DNA of 64,000 bases from Candidatus Obscuribacterales bacterium (GTDB taxonomy: Bacteria > Cyanobacteriota > Vampirovibrionia > Obscuribacterales > Obscuribacteraceae): the NCBI GenBank assembly GCA_965228855.1, contig CBDDIJ010000005.1:576001-640000 (forward strand), given 5' to 3'. The notes beneath the pieces were generated by a model. It had not been told where the DNA came from and searched no databases. It saw only the letters and a list, made by a program, of their open reading frames with translations. This document shows positions 48,724-60,416 of the stretch, piece after piece; positions within the stretch are counted from its first letter, which is position 1, and each line of letters opens with the position of its first letter. The position numbers and the translations under genes are program-made.

Positions 48724-50364
48724 ATGGCAGAGTACAAAACAAATTTACCGGCAAACACCAAAGATAAAGCGACCTTCAAGAATCCCTTTACAGGCGAGAC
48801 TTACAATCGCGGTTCGCTCAATGTCAAAGTGAATCAGGAAGACCTGATCGGCAAACGGGCGCAAGAGATTGCAAAAGAGCATTCGCTACACATTCCGCCA
48901 ACGACAAAACCAGACTTTCCAGCGATTATAGACCCGACCCACATCGCCATCGGTCCCTTCGTCAGTGGCTTTGATGACAACCTTTACTTCGACGCCGTTC
49001 TCGGAGTCGGAACTAATGCAGTCTTCGGCTATAACCAACCAAACATTTTTGGAAAACTGCAGCGACTTGGTAGCTGCCTGGCAGGCTACATGGGCGCGGG
49101 CACAGATTTCTTTTTCGACCTCCGACATGGTGCTCCCACGCCGCAAGCGCTGGCTGCCGAGATGACGAAACTGGCCGAACAAGCCTACGGCGGCAAATAC
49201 ATGATGAATTTTGCCAACGCAGGCACAGAGGCAAACGAGAATGCGCTCAAAGTCGCTATGTTTCATAAGTTCAGGCTGGTGAAAAAACAGCTCGGCGACG
49301 ACATGTATAAGCAGATGTGCGATCAGCTGGGAATTCATCAAGTCCGCCCCGACATAGATGCATTGTGGAGCAACTACCCATTCTTCATCATGGCATTCCA
49401 TGGTGCTTTCCATGGACGAACGGCGACGAGTAACACGCTTTCGATGAGTAAGATTCGACAGAAAGAGGGATATCAGTCGATACCATATACGGTGCACATT
49501 CCATTCAGCCCATCGATTGATTTCGACAAATACATCGATTTCACGCCGCTGGAAACTCTGATCAAGGAAAATCGTTTACGCGAAGTCATCGATAGCCGCA
49601 AGGCGCCGGCGGACCTGCTTGCAGTTTTAATAATGGAACCGGTTCAAGGAGAAGGCGGTTACCTTATCCCTGATAAACAGTTATTGGAAAAACTCAGCGA
49701 CTTCGTCGGCAAAATGCGTCCCAAAGGAATGCTTCTTCAGTCAGACGAGGTTCAATGCGGACTCTACCGGACCGGCGAATTTACCGGTATGCAAAACTGG
49801 TACAAACAGTTTCCAAATCTGAGACCCGATACGATGAGCTTCGCAAAACCGCTTCACGTCGGCGGCGTCTTGATTGACAATGCGTTGCTCGGTGATTGGC
49901 CAGGCGGAAAATTTTCCGGCACGTGGGCGGAGGGAAATCTGCTCGGCATAGCGATGGCTTATTATACGCTCGAAGAACTCAAGCAAGTAGATCCAGCGCT
50001 AGGCATCTCGTATCCGGACAATGCGAAGAAATCCGGAGAGTATCTGCGAGCTGAAATTGAGAAGCTTGGCGCACGACTCGAGAAAGAGATGCCAGGCACT
50101 AATTTGATTTTAAATACACGCGGTATCGGTCAGATGAACGCCTTCGACGTACCGGACCATGATTTCCAGTCGGCAGTTTCCTACGAGGGATTTTTGCACG
50201 GACTGCATATACTCGGCACAGGCGACCGCTCCATTCGCGTTTTCGGAACAGTCGATCAACGCCAGCGCGAAGCCGACATGCTGATCGGAATCATGGAAGA
50301 TGTGTTCAAAAAATTGGGAAAAGACCGAGCATCAAAAAACAAATCGACCGTAGCTAGCGCTTAG
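48724..50364 (+). CDS. PLP-dependent aminotransferase class III (GABA/lysine-6-aminotransferase-like)
   Basis: NAGTEANENALK, GAFHGRT, EPVQGEGG, SDEVQCG, FAK and SGTW motifs. Confidence 0.88.
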   Translation: MAEYKTNLPANTKDKATFKNPFTGETYNRGSLNVKVNQEDLIGKRAQEIAKEHSLHIPPTTKPDFPAIIDPTHIAIGPFVSGFDDNLYFDAVLGVGTNAVFGYNQPNIFGKLQRLGSCLAGYMGAGTDFFFDLRHGAPTPQALAAEMTKLAEQAYGGKYMMNFANAGTEANENALKVAMFHKFRLVKKQLGDDMYKQMCDQLGIHQVRPDIDALWSNYPFFIMAFHGAFHGRTATSNTLSMSKIRQKEGYQSIPYTVHIPFSPSIDFDKYIDFTPLETLIKENRLREVIDSRKAPADLLAVLIMEPVQGEGGYLIPDKQLLEKLSDFVGKMRPKGMLLQSDEVQCGLYRTGEFTGMQNWYKQFPNLRPDTMSFAKPLHVGGVLIDNALLGDWPGGKFSGTWAEGNLLGIAMAYYTLEELKQVDPALGISYPDNAKKSGEYLRAEIEKLGARLEKEMPGTNLILNTRGIGQMNAFDVPDHDFQSAVSYEGFLHGLHILGTGDRSIRVFGTVDQRQREADMLIGIMEDVFKKLGKDRASKNKSTVASA

Positions 50365-51508
50365 GGTTCGCCGTCGCTTCATGATACCTTTCGATGGAGT
50401 CACTGACACCGTCGCAGTCTTCATCGTCGTCTTCATCAGAGAATTGAGCGGCGGACTCTTCGAGTTCCTTTAGAACTTCCTTGGCTTTGCCTGCGACTGT
50501 TTGACCGGTCAAATCCTGAAGACCGTAAGCGACCAGCCCTTGAATTTGATCGTCGGTATCGTACTTAAGATGGTTAAGCGTGCTCTTAAAATTGACAAGA
50601 CGAGAGATTCGGTAACGTCCGAACGGCCCCTGATGAAGCCGCTCCATCTCCAATTTGACAGTGACAAGATCGTTTATACGTGGCGACATGAATGTTAGAT
50701 GAGCGATTACTTTTGAACCTTTATTCTCAAGCAAGTACTTCTTGAAATTACTGCCTTTAAATCCGCATTCGGCCAGCAGCTGCTTGATGGCGTTTGCGCG
50801 ACCGCCGACAGGAGCCGCAAAAATTCTGTTTATTATTGTGTCGGGATGTGCCTTGGCAAACTCCGCCATGCGCTGAAACGAGAGATTCTTCAATCTCATT
50901 TTTTCTTTTTTCCAGGCCATGCGAAGAAGACTCGAAAACTTCTTCCGTTCCGGTTGAACAATCTTGGGCTCGTCATTCGATTCGCTTCCAGTCTTGCCGT
51001 CGGCTGCTTTCACAACAGTAGTTGTTGTCGTGGTAATGGTGGTTCGCGTACCGTCGGCGAGCGATTTACCCGTCTCGCGACCGGTTACACCGCCAGTAGT
51101 GGCATTAGATGCGTCACTGATGTCACCTTCATCATCTTCATCGCCAGTGTTCGCGGCCGAAGCGGCGACAGTGTTAGGTTTGTTGACCAACCTCTGAATT
51201 TGATAGATGAGGGAATTGTCTATGCTAGTTCGAGCAGCGCGCAATGCGCCCAATCCGACTATGCGCTGAAGCTTCGTTAAATTCGGAGTTCGCTCCGCCG
51301 GCGCAAAAATGAGCTCCTCAGTGAAGCCGGTCGTCACGGTAGCAACATCGACGTATTTGTTAAACTTCTTGCGGTTTTTCTCTAGAAAACCGCTCCGGGC
51401 TTCAAGCAGTGCAAATTGTGGCGTCGACTGCCACCAAAGATAAGCCCCGCCCGCGGTGGTCGCGGCTACAAGAATAATGGTGGTTCCGATTAGTTGCACC
51501 TGCTTCAT
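50354..51508 (-). CDS. Membrane-anchored hypothetical protein (DUF2939-like N-terminus)
   Basis: TM helix, then STPQFAL...FNKYVDV pattern; acidic and Thr-rich linkers. Confidence 0.6.
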   Translation of the reverse strand: MKQVQLIGTTIILVAATTAGGAYLWWQSTPQFALLEARSGFLEKNRKKFNKYVDVATVTTGFTEELIFAPAERTPNLTKLQRIVGLGALRAARTSIDNSLIYQIQRLVNKPNTVAASAANTGDEDDEGDISDASNATTGGVTGRETGKSLADGTRTTITTTTTTVVKAADGKTGSESNDEPKIVQPERKKFSSLLRMAWKKEKMRLKNLSFQRMAEFAKAHPDTIINRIFAAPVGGRANAIKQLLAECGFKGSNFKKYLLENKGSKVIAHLTFMSPRINDLVTVKLEMERLHQGPFGRYRISRLVNFKSTLNHLKYDTDDQIQGLVAYGLQDLTGQTVAGKAKEVLKELEESAAQFSDEDDDEDCDGVSDSIERYHEATANPKR

Positions 51509-51744
51509 TCGATTGAAGTCCTGAATGGCGCGCAGAGACAGGGATTAGCTTAATCATACAACAACTGCAAATGCAATTTTTGCAAGGTAGATTAAACACT
51601 GCAAAATCGCGTTTGATGTCGCGAAAACGACCTCTTCAGGTAAACGGACTGTCACGATTTTTGCCGCAGGCACGCAAAGTTTATAAGCATGAATATCGCT
51701 CTGGTATATTGATTGTTAGATGATTATGCCTTCAAGACAGCAAA

Positions 51745-54120
51745 ATGGCTGAACACGACAACGATTTGTCTGATGTAATCGTGTGCGCGAAGTGTCAGAA
51801 GCCCACAAAAGCCGCGCGCACCGGAACCATCACGCAGTGGATCGCAGGCTGCGATTGCGAGCTGATGGCAGTTTCTGATGAGACGATCGAAGTCGATCTG
51901 TGTCACGTATGCGGCAAACGGATAAACAAAGGACGCGCCGGTTCCTTAACCCAATGGATATTTAGAACGGACTGTTGTTCTTGCGCGTCACCAGCCAGTA
52001 AACCGTCAATAGCTCAAAGGGTATTAGCCGAACGTCAGGCTAAACAGGCGATTGAAGACCAGGCGAACAGGCTGACTCAGTCAAAAACAGCCGATGAAGA
52101 TGCCATCCGCGACCTCGCCCGCGGTGAATTTATCGAGACGACACGCTACGAGCCCATCAGCAGACTCGGCAGCGGCGCTTCCGGCAGCGTTTTTCTGTGC
52201 CGTGACAAATTGCTCAGCCGAAAAGTGGCTCTGAAAAAATTGCGTAGAACATCTGCCCTGACCGTAATAGATTTTCAGGCCGAGGCCCAGACCTGTTCTA
52301 AACTGAAACATCCTAATATTGTTTCGATATTGGATCTTTCCACGGACGATACCGGAATTCCATACATGGTTATGGAATACGTGGACGGGATTACACTGGA
52401 AAGCTACCTTGCCACAAACGGCCCCTTTCCGCTTGCGAAAACTCTCAAACTGATGGACGAGATTTGCGACGCTTTATCTTATTCGCATAATCTTGGCATC
52501 ATGCACAGAGACGTTAAGAGTTCGAACATACTGTTATCGAAAGAGCATTCTTACCTTATAGATTTCGGCATCGCCAAATTCAAGGGCATACTGACGGACG
52601 GCGAACTCGACCTTAGCACCACGGACAATACTATGGTGGGAAGTCCTCTCTACATGCCACCCGACCAGGGGCTTGGTTTTGCATACGACGAAAGGAGCGA
52701 GGTGTACTCGGTTGGCTGCGTCCTATTTGAAGCGCTCACCGGTCGCACTCCCTTTTCGGGTGGATCGTCTCTCCAAATTTTGTCACAGCACGCTCACGCG
52801 CATGCGCCGTCGCTTTCTGAAACTGCGCCTCAACTCGAGTTTCCGCAGGAACTAGAAATAGTCGTCGCAAAGTGCCTGGAGAAACAACCGGACGATCGTT
52901 TTCAATCAATTTCCGAGTTGCGGACAGCCTTGAACCAGATCCACTTAGTGGACGACGTATATAGTGAAGTTGAAAGTTCAATCGATTTCGGTGATGTCAA
53001 CCTTGTACCGGCGACTGCCGGCATCATGACCGACGTGCAGTCCCACGAAGCAGGTTTAAAGAGGAGCAGAGTGATTACCCTGGCTGTTTTACTCGTGCTT
53101 GTCACCATAACTGGTGGCGTTGCCAGTCGTCTCTTCCAGCAGGATAAACGACTTTCACCCGCCCCCACGAAGTCAACAACCACTCGAAAGTCAATTCCGG
53201 ACTTCAACGATGTCGACCGGCGCGACGTAATTCGACGGGCTGTAAAAAATGGACAAGTGAAGCTCTGCTTTTCCAGCGGATTTATAAATGACGGCGATCT
53301 GGAACTCTTGAAAGGCTACACAAGAATAGAAGAGCTGGATCTGATGGGAAATCCGATTACAGACCAAGGTTTGATGCAGGTTTCAGCGCCCTACGCGAAA
53401 AAACTAGTCTTGACGAATTGCGATGTAAAAACACTGGACTTCGTCAAGAACTTTCCGAATTTGCAATGTCTGTTTCTGGAAGGAACCAACATAACCGACG
53501 AATCTCTGGAAAACGTAAGATACCTCCCAATGCTTAGAGAGCTGAAACTCAGCGAAACAACGATCAGCGATGCCGGTCTGAAATACGTTACCGCAGCGCG
53601 GTCACTGGAATATGTTATCGTCCACGGCACAAGAGTAACAAAAGCTGGAGCTGAACGAATCTCACAGCAGATGCCGCTGACGGCGATTGCACCAACTGTA
53701 CCCAGGCGGATCGTAAGAATGCTACAAGTACTTAACAGGCTAGAAGCGTCGGAGAAATACACCGAAGCAATCGAGCAATCAACTCGAATTATCGATATCG
53801 TAGAACGTGCTCAAGGAGCGGACGCACCCTTGATAGTGCCATATCTTCTGCGTCGTTCGGCTTTTAAAACACACATGAGTAGACCGGACAGCGTGGACGA
53901 TCTCAAAAAAGCAATTGTTGTCGCGCGCTCGAGCAAAAACGACATCATGCTGAAAAGTGCTCTGGCAGCCCTTCTAAACGCCTATGTCCTAAACCACTTG
54001 GAGCAAGAAGCCGAACCTATTCGTTTAGAGCTGCTTGCCACAATTAAAAGACTTGACGGACCAGAAAGTACGGAACTTCTTCAGTACGAGAAGTCTGTTT
54101 CGAAGAAAACAACCGATTAA
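51745..54120 (+). CDS. Cys-rich - Ser/Thr kinase - TM - LRR receptor-like protein
   Basis: Duplicated CxxC...TQWI...CxC N-terminus; LGSGASGSV, VALK, HRDVKSSN, DFG and GSPLYMPPD; TM helix; LRRs; TPR-like helical tail. Confidence 0.9.
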   Translation: MAEHDNDLSDVIVCAKCQKPTKAARTGTITQWIAGCDCELMAVSDETIEVDLCHVCGKRINKGRAGSLTQWIFRTDCCSCASPASKPSIAQRVLAERQAKQAIEDQANRLTQSKTADEDAIRDLARGEFIETTRYEPISRLGSGASGSVFLCRDKLLSRKVALKKLRRTSALTVIDFQAEAQTCSKLKHPNIVSILDLSTDDTGIPYMVMEYVDGITLESYLATNGPFPLAKTLKLMDEICDALSYSHNLGIMHRDVKSSNILLSKEHSYLIDFGIAKFKGILTDGELDLSTTDNTMVGSPLYMPPDQGLGFAYDERSEVYSVGCVLFEALTGRTPFSGGSSLQILSQHAHAHAPSLSETAPQLEFPQELEIVVAKCLEKQPDDRFQSISELRTALNQIHLVDDVYSEVESSIDFGDVNLVPATAGIMTDVQSHEAGLKRSRVITLAVLLVLVTITGGVASRLFQQDKRLSPAPTKSTTTRKSIPDFNDVDRRDVIRRAVKNGQVKLCFSSGFINDGDLELLKGYTRIEELDLMGNPITDQGLMQVSAPYAKKLVLTNCDVKTLDFVKNFPNLQCLFLEGTNITDESLENVRYLPMLRELKLSETTISDAGLKYVTAARSLEYVIVHGTRVTKAGAERISQQMPLTAIAPTVPRRIVRMLQVLNRLEASEKYTEAIEQSTRIIDIVERAQGADAPLIVPYLLRRSAFKTHMSRPDSVDDLKKAIVVARSSKNDIMLKSALAALLNAYVLNHLEQEAEPIRLELLATIKRLDGPESTELLQYEKSVSKKTTD

Positions 54121-54146
54121 CTCGTCCAAGCAATTCGGAGAACCGC

Positions 54147-54641
54147 ATGTCTACGAACGAACCACATCCTACTGTTTTGGCTGGCCTAAAAACTTTTGGT
54201 ATCGAATATAGAGTCTTTGAATGCGAAGACCACCTGGCTGATACGGCAATCTTCTGCGAACACTATGGTTTCGCTCCCGAGACAACCGCAAACACGATCA
54301 TTGCAGTAGGAAAATCGACACCTCCAAAATTTGCATGTAGTGTCATCCTTGCCACGACTAAGCTCGACGTCAACAAGAAGATCTCACACTTACTTGGAAT
54401 AAAGCGATGTTCTTTTGCTTCTGCAGAGCAAACGCTCGAACTTACGGGAATGCAAATCGGTGGAGTCACACCATTTGGACTGCCGGATCTACCGATTTAT
54501 CTGGACTCGCGGATAATGGACTGTGATGAAGTGCTGCTTGGCGGTGGAAATCGCACCACGAAAGTAATTTTGAAACCGGCTGAACTGCTCAAATTGCCAA
54601 AATCAGAAGTTATCTCTGGACTTGCGCTCATGCGTGCCTGA
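54147..54641 (+). CDS. YbaK/EbsC (aminoacyl-tRNA editing) family protein
   Basis: SFASAEQTLELTGMQIGGVTPFG, IYLD and LGGGNR motifs. Confidence 0.88.
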   Translation: MSTNEPHPTVLAGLKTFGIEYRVFECEDHLADTAIFCEHYGFAPETTANTIIAVGKSTPPKFACSVILATTKLDVNKKISHLLGIKRCSFASAEQTLELTGMQIGGVTPFGLPDLPIYLDSRIMDCDEVLLGGGNRTTKVILKPAELLKLPKSEVISGLALMRA

Positions 54642-54844
54642 TCGCCCCACAATCAATGGAACCCAATCGCAAGCGACTGTTTCCAAGCGGTTTTGATGCT
54701 ACCAACTCGCGGAATAAAAGTGATGAACAGGCAGCGCCGCGCGAGCTTCACGTAAAATGACATGGGTCAAGAAGCGAGATCATAAATCAATCAGCGTGCT
54801 ACGCTACTAAAAGTCCATCATCTTACAGGTCTCGCTCGGCTTCA

Positions 54845-55945
54845 ATGGCTACGCGCAAAACACTGTCAACTGTCCTGAGCATTTTCGCGGCTGCCACGTT
54901 CGCAGTCTCGCACCAATCCGCTTCGGCGGAGCCTGTTAGAGATGACAACGCAAGTCTCGGGAAAGAGCTCAGACTGCCAATTTATTATTGGAACGATAGC
55001 GCTGTCAAAACTAAGGGCGTAATCTTGGCGATTCATGGTGTCACGCTACATGCTCGTCGATTCGACAGCGTAGCCATGAAATTAGCAGCTGATGGTTATC
55101 CAGTCTACGCCCTGGATCTCAGAGGGTTTGGGGCCTGGCGCAAAGACAACGAAAAATTCAACGGCGACGACAAAATTCACTACACTCAGAGCCAGGGAGA
55201 CATTGTTGACGTACTGAGTACTCTAAAGAAAATGTACTCTGATGTGCCGGTCTATATGATGGGAGAAAGTCTTGGAGCCAATCTCTCGGTTTGGGTTGCG
55301 TCAACTCATCCAGATCTGGTTGACGGAATTATTCTTTCCAGTCCGTGCGTCAAGCGAATTGTCAGGCTCAACAAGCGTGTTCTAATAGATTCGACAAAGA
55401 GTTTTTTCCACCCGTATAAACCTTTTGGATTGGAAGCTCACATCAAGCCGTATTTGTCGGAAGATCCTCGAGTTACCGAAGAGTATCTGCAAGATCCCTA
55501 CATCGATATGGATCTGAGCGCCGCCGATCTGATTAAAAGCGTAAAGACTAACACGCTCGCAATCGCACATACTAAGAGCATTCCCGAGGACATGCCAATA
55601 CTGATGTTGGCCGGGGAACAAGACAAAATCTACAAAGCAAAGGCGATTCCAAAGTTCGCAAAAAACATCCCCTCCCATGACCAAACAATCTATATGTTCG
55701 AAAACAAAGGACATTTGTTACTGGAACATAACTTTGTAGAACCTGACGTGATTGCGAGGATGGAAAACTGGCTTGCCGAGCAGCACAAGCGAGATGGCAA
55801 AAGTGGCGAGATAGCCGAGCACAATTCGAATTCAGTTTTCAGTGCGGAACGCACCACCACCGATAGTGGCGAAGCAGGCGGAAGCGGCGGCCCAGTCGGA
55901 CCGAGTTCTTTGATAACGCCAGCGCCACCGACAACGACCAGGTAG
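54845..55945 (+). CDS. Exported alpha/beta hydrolase (lysophospholipase/monoglyceride lipase-like)
   Basis: Signal peptide; AIHG, DLRGFG, GESLG nucleophile, GEQD and GHLLL motifs. Confidence 0.9.
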   Translation: MATRKTLSTVLSIFAAATFAVSHQSASAEPVRDDNASLGKELRLPIYYWNDSAVKTKGVILAIHGVTLHARRFDSVAMKLAADGYPVYALDLRGFGAWRKDNEKFNGDDKIHYTQSQGDIVDVLSTLKKMYSDVPVYMMGESLGANLSVWVASTHPDLVDGIILSSPCVKRIVRLNKRVLIDSTKSFFHPYKPFGLEAHIKPYLSEDPRVTEEYLQDPYIDMDLSAADLIKSVKTNTLAIAHTKSIPEDMPILMLAGEQDKIYKAKAIPKFAKNIPSHDQTIYMFENKGHLLLEHNFVEPDVIARMENWLAEQHKRDGKSGEIAEHNSNSVFSAERTTTDSGEAGGSGGPVGPSSLITPAPPTTTR

Positions 55946-56033
55946 CATTAACGCAAGTAAAAAAATTGCTGATGCCATGAGACTTTCGTGCATCAGCTAA
56001 CTCAATTTAGCGAAAAAAATTCTACCCAAATAC

Positions 56034-56058
56034 AAAAAAACGAAGGCAATAACCTTCG
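56034..56058 (-). terminator. Intrinsic terminator of the 16S transcript
   Basis: On the minus strand CGAAGG-TTATTG-CCTTCG followed by T7. Confidence 0.75.
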
Positions 56059-56079
56059 ACCTTTTGTTTATTGGTTCAT

Positions 56080-56108
56080 TCGAACCCTGATAACTGAATA
56101 GCAATTAG
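56080..56108 (-). other. 3' arm of the 16S processing stem
   Basis: 29 nt reverse-complementary to 57883-57912, with a single 1-nt bulge. Confidence 0.8.
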
Positions 56109-56285
56109 ACTTACTTTAAACTGTCGCCTCAGACTACCTGGTATGAGTAGGTATGGTTTTTATATGACCATTCTGGTAGTCCTCTGTGGCACCGACCTGT
56201 GAGAACACTGAGTTAGCGAACTAACTCAATCATTATCTGTTGGATTAACGACTCGTACACAGTAGAGTCTATCCAATGTTCTCCC

Positions 56286-57803
<1,518 letters not shown>

Positions 57804-57882
57804 CACTGTTACGTGTTCGCCAGGAGTACTGGCGTTTTTCAACAGAGCTTTTATTTGTCCTACTCAATTTCTTGACAGGCGC

Positions 57883-57912
57883 CTAATTGCTTATTCAGTT
57901 ATCAGGGTTCGA
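57883..57912 (-). promoter_or_regulatory. rrn leader boxA-like element and 5' arm of the processing stem
   Basis: Minus strand TCGAACCCTGATAACTGAATAAGCAATTAG resembles cyanobacterial rrn boxA and pairs with 56080-56108. Confidence 0.7.
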
Positions 57913-57986
57913 TGAGCGATTGACTCGCGATGCGAGTCTTGCGCGCCTCACGAATCAGTTCGTGGTGCAACGCCGCATGAGAATAA

Positions 57987-58015
57987 ATCTTACCGGAGAG
58001 ATCGGGAGGTGTCAA
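57987..58015 (-). promoter_or_regulatory. sigma70 promoter of the 16S gene
   Basis: TTGACA-17 bp-TAAGAT on the minus strand. Confidence 0.8.
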
Positions 58016-58408
58016 CTTTCGATCGGTCAAAAACGTGTATTTGAGCAGATCTGTTATCAATTCGACATATATATCTTCCCTTAAGAATTTCGCAAAAGGG
58101 CAGATTTAGAGCCTTTCGAGCGATTTTTTCCTCGATTATGATAGCCAGCCAATAAACGCAGACTACATACAAGAGGTGTTTTCCTTTGCCCAGCACTGGA
58201 TTCAGCCCTTGATCCATATATATGCCTTTCACTCTCTTTCGGATTCCGCGGGCAACGAGATTTATCAAACCACCTACAGGTGAGCGTTTTCGCTGACTCG
58301 AAAAAGAATCGATTTCAAGTTGTCAAAAGATCGAATTTGCGGGAACTCTCAAGGCATGCGGCCTGTCTCGCAAATGTTCAAATCAAAAGAGATGCAAGGG
58401 AGGATCTT

Positions 58409-59053
58409 ATGCGCTCCAATAAACTCAGCCAGGCGACCGTGCTTGGCGCTGCCCTCACGACTCTGTTCAGTACGGCTGCATTAGCTGACTCAATCTATGT
58501 GGGTTCTCCTGCAGTAGTAGAACAGCAAGTCGTCGAACGGCAAGTTGTGACTCCCGCTCAGGTTGTCATACCAACAGGAACGTCATCTACCGTTGTAGAG
58601 AAGCGGGTTATTGTCCCAACCGCCGCCTCGACAGTAGTACAAGAGCGATCTGTAGTCTCCACACCTGCTGTGGTCGAGCAAAGAGTGGTAGCACCGGCGG
58701 AGCCGGATATTCTGATGAAACGCTCTGTGACCTTCGGCACCACCAAGCCGCTAGTCAAGACCACAACAAGCGCAGCCACACTTGAGAGTTGCGCAGCTCC
58801 TGTGTTTCACACACGAATTCAAAATATGAAAGACCAGGTGAATCTCGGGCTATCCAAGGGATATATGTCCGCATCAGACGCCAGTGCTTTCGGCGCGCGC
58901 CTGGAAGATCTTAAGAGCGAGGCCGACTCGGTTGTCGCAGAAGGAACTCCAAAATACCTGTCAGACAAACTGGAAAAACGATTGACCGGAATCAATATCG
59001 AAATCTCGAATGCGATGACACCAGACGGTCGATCAAGTGTCCAAGTTCAGTAG
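58409..59053 (+). CDS. Exported hypothetical protein with Val-rich repeats
   Basis: GGAGG RBS, ATG at 58409, signal peptide ending ALA, repeated VV(E/Q)xRV units and a helical C-terminal domain. Confidence 0.75.
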   Translation: MRSNKLSQATVLGAALTTLFSTAALADSIYVGSPAVVEQQVVERQVVTPAQVVIPTGTSSTVVEKRVIVPTAASTVVQERSVVSTPAVVEQRVVAPAEPDILMKRSVTFGTTKPLVKTTTSAATLESCAAPVFHTRIQNMKDQVNLGLSKGYMSASDASAFGARLEDLKSEADSVVAEGTPKYLSDKLEKRLTGINIEISNAMTPDGRSSVQVQ

Positions 59054-59078
59054 CCCCAGTCATCAAAAAGAAGGTCTT

Positions 59079-59112
59079 GGAATAGTCGGAGTTTAGAAAC
59101 TCCGACTATTCC
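59079..59112. terminator. Perfect 16-bp inverted repeat between convergent genes
   Basis: GGAATAGTCGGAGTTT-AG-AAACTCCGACTATTCC. Confidence 0.65.
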
Positions 59113-59144
59113 GACCAATCAACTAAAAACCGTAAAACTTCGAT

Positions 59145-60326
59145 TTATCGAATCTGTCCCGCTAACAACATCAAAGATCGTGCTTTTCGAGCGCCGTAGA
59201 TTACGACCAGACGTCCTGCTGGTTTACGCTGAACCATCAAGTAGACCTTGTTGAGTTTAAACATGACACGCCGCTCTTCCGGCCAGATTTCTTCGGCTGG
59301 ATGGAGCTGCTCAAGCCGAGCTTGATAGTTATTGAAAACCTCGTCCGCAAATTTGGCGTCGCCGTAATCTATATATAAAAGTTTCAAGCGCTCCCGCGTT
59401 GGATACAGAATCTGGTAATCCGCGACGACAGCTGAGTGCGCGGAATCGACCGAGAGCCCTGCTATATCAGGAGCCGGGTAATACTTTGCTGCTGAAAGTG
59501 GTCCCATGACAAGCTTCTCGGAACCCTTAATCCGATCCACGACAGGAATTCTGGACAGCACCGCCGGCGGTTGCGCATGAGTGATCGCAATCTTAGAAAG
59601 GTTCTCCGCAAACTTTGTTATCACTTCCTTACTCTCGTCGTCATCCTCAGATGAACCAGAGAGAACAAATAGATACTTGTCTTGCCAGAACGAAATACTG
59701 TCACCGTCTTCGGATGAACCATCACCACGCTTCACGACAGTCGTAGAGCCCTTTCGCAAAAGGTCGTATCCTGCGTTCGCGCCCTCGGACTCGGCAAATT
59801 CAAACGCCTTTATAGTTATGTACCGACTGCCACGCTTGAATGTTTTTTGAGAGATCGCTTTGCAAGCAAATTCGTCGAGAATCAAAATGTCATTGCCATA
59901 AACTGGAGGCGAAAGAGATTCCGAGACGGCGCCTCCTTCGGATGCCGCCGAGTCAGCCGCAGCGGATGACAGACTTTTTTGCGCAGAAAAATTGCCTGCA
60001 GCTACGGTAGGCTCTACCGAAACGAGCCTACCGTCGGCAATTCGATAGGTCTTAACTCCTAGATCTTCCCAGCCCTGGTGGGAAATAGTTCGCAACATCG
60101 GGCGCAGGTTTGAGACGAAAACATTCTGCGCAGCCGCATTATTGTTAACGGTAGTCGGCGGTGGCTCCAGCGCACCCGCAGATAAACCCGTGCTCAGATT
60201 GAAACCGGAGCACAGCAGCTGACTCCCAACGATGAAGAGTGCTTGGACCGCCGACTTGTGCTTTTGTGATTTCAACTTCAAACATGAGATGGAACAAACA
60301 CAGTTTATCAAATGACAAATATCCAA
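59145..60326 (-). CDS. Exported hypothetical protein (DUF6599-like)
   Basis: Long ORF with a hydrophobic N-terminal segment; AFEFAESEGANAGY and SFWQDKY patterns. The true start is probably downstream of 60326, which lies inside a hairpin. Confidence 0.6.
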   Translation of the reverse strand: MDICHLINCVCSISCLKLKSQKHKSAVQALFIVGSQLLCSGFNLSTGLSAGALEPPPTTVNNNAAAQNVFVSNLRPMLRTISHQGWEDLGVKTYRIADGRLVSVEPTVAAGNFSAQKSLSSAAADSAASEGGAVSESLSPPVYGNDILILDEFACKAISQKTFKRGSRYITIKAFEFAESEGANAGYDLLRKGSTTVVKRGDGSSEDGDSISFWQDKYLFVLSGSSEDDDESKEVITKFAENLSKIAITHAQPPAVLSRIPVVDRIKGSEKLVMGPLSAAKYYPAPDIAGLSVDSAHSAVVADYQILYPTRERLKLLYIDYGDAKFADEVFNNYQARLEQLHPAEEIWPEERRVMFKLNKVYLMVQRKPAGRLVVIYGARKARSLMLLAGQIR

Positions 60327-60349
60327 GTCTTGGCGACTTGGATATTTGT
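60315..60349. terminator. Perfect 15-bp hairpin between the 60417 and 59145 genes
   Basis: ACAAATATCCAAGTC-TTGGC-GACTTGGATATTTGT. Confidence 0.5.
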
Positions 60350-60416
60350 TTCCCTTCTCGGCTCGAGCAGCCGAGAACCACTCACACCGTAGGTTCTGTT
60401 TAAAGATTTTCTGCGT

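Noticed and set aside
51630..51655. CTCTTCAGGTAAACGGAC resembling the 3' half of a glycine aptamer
   Set aside because: No upstream GGAGA or CCGAAG elements.
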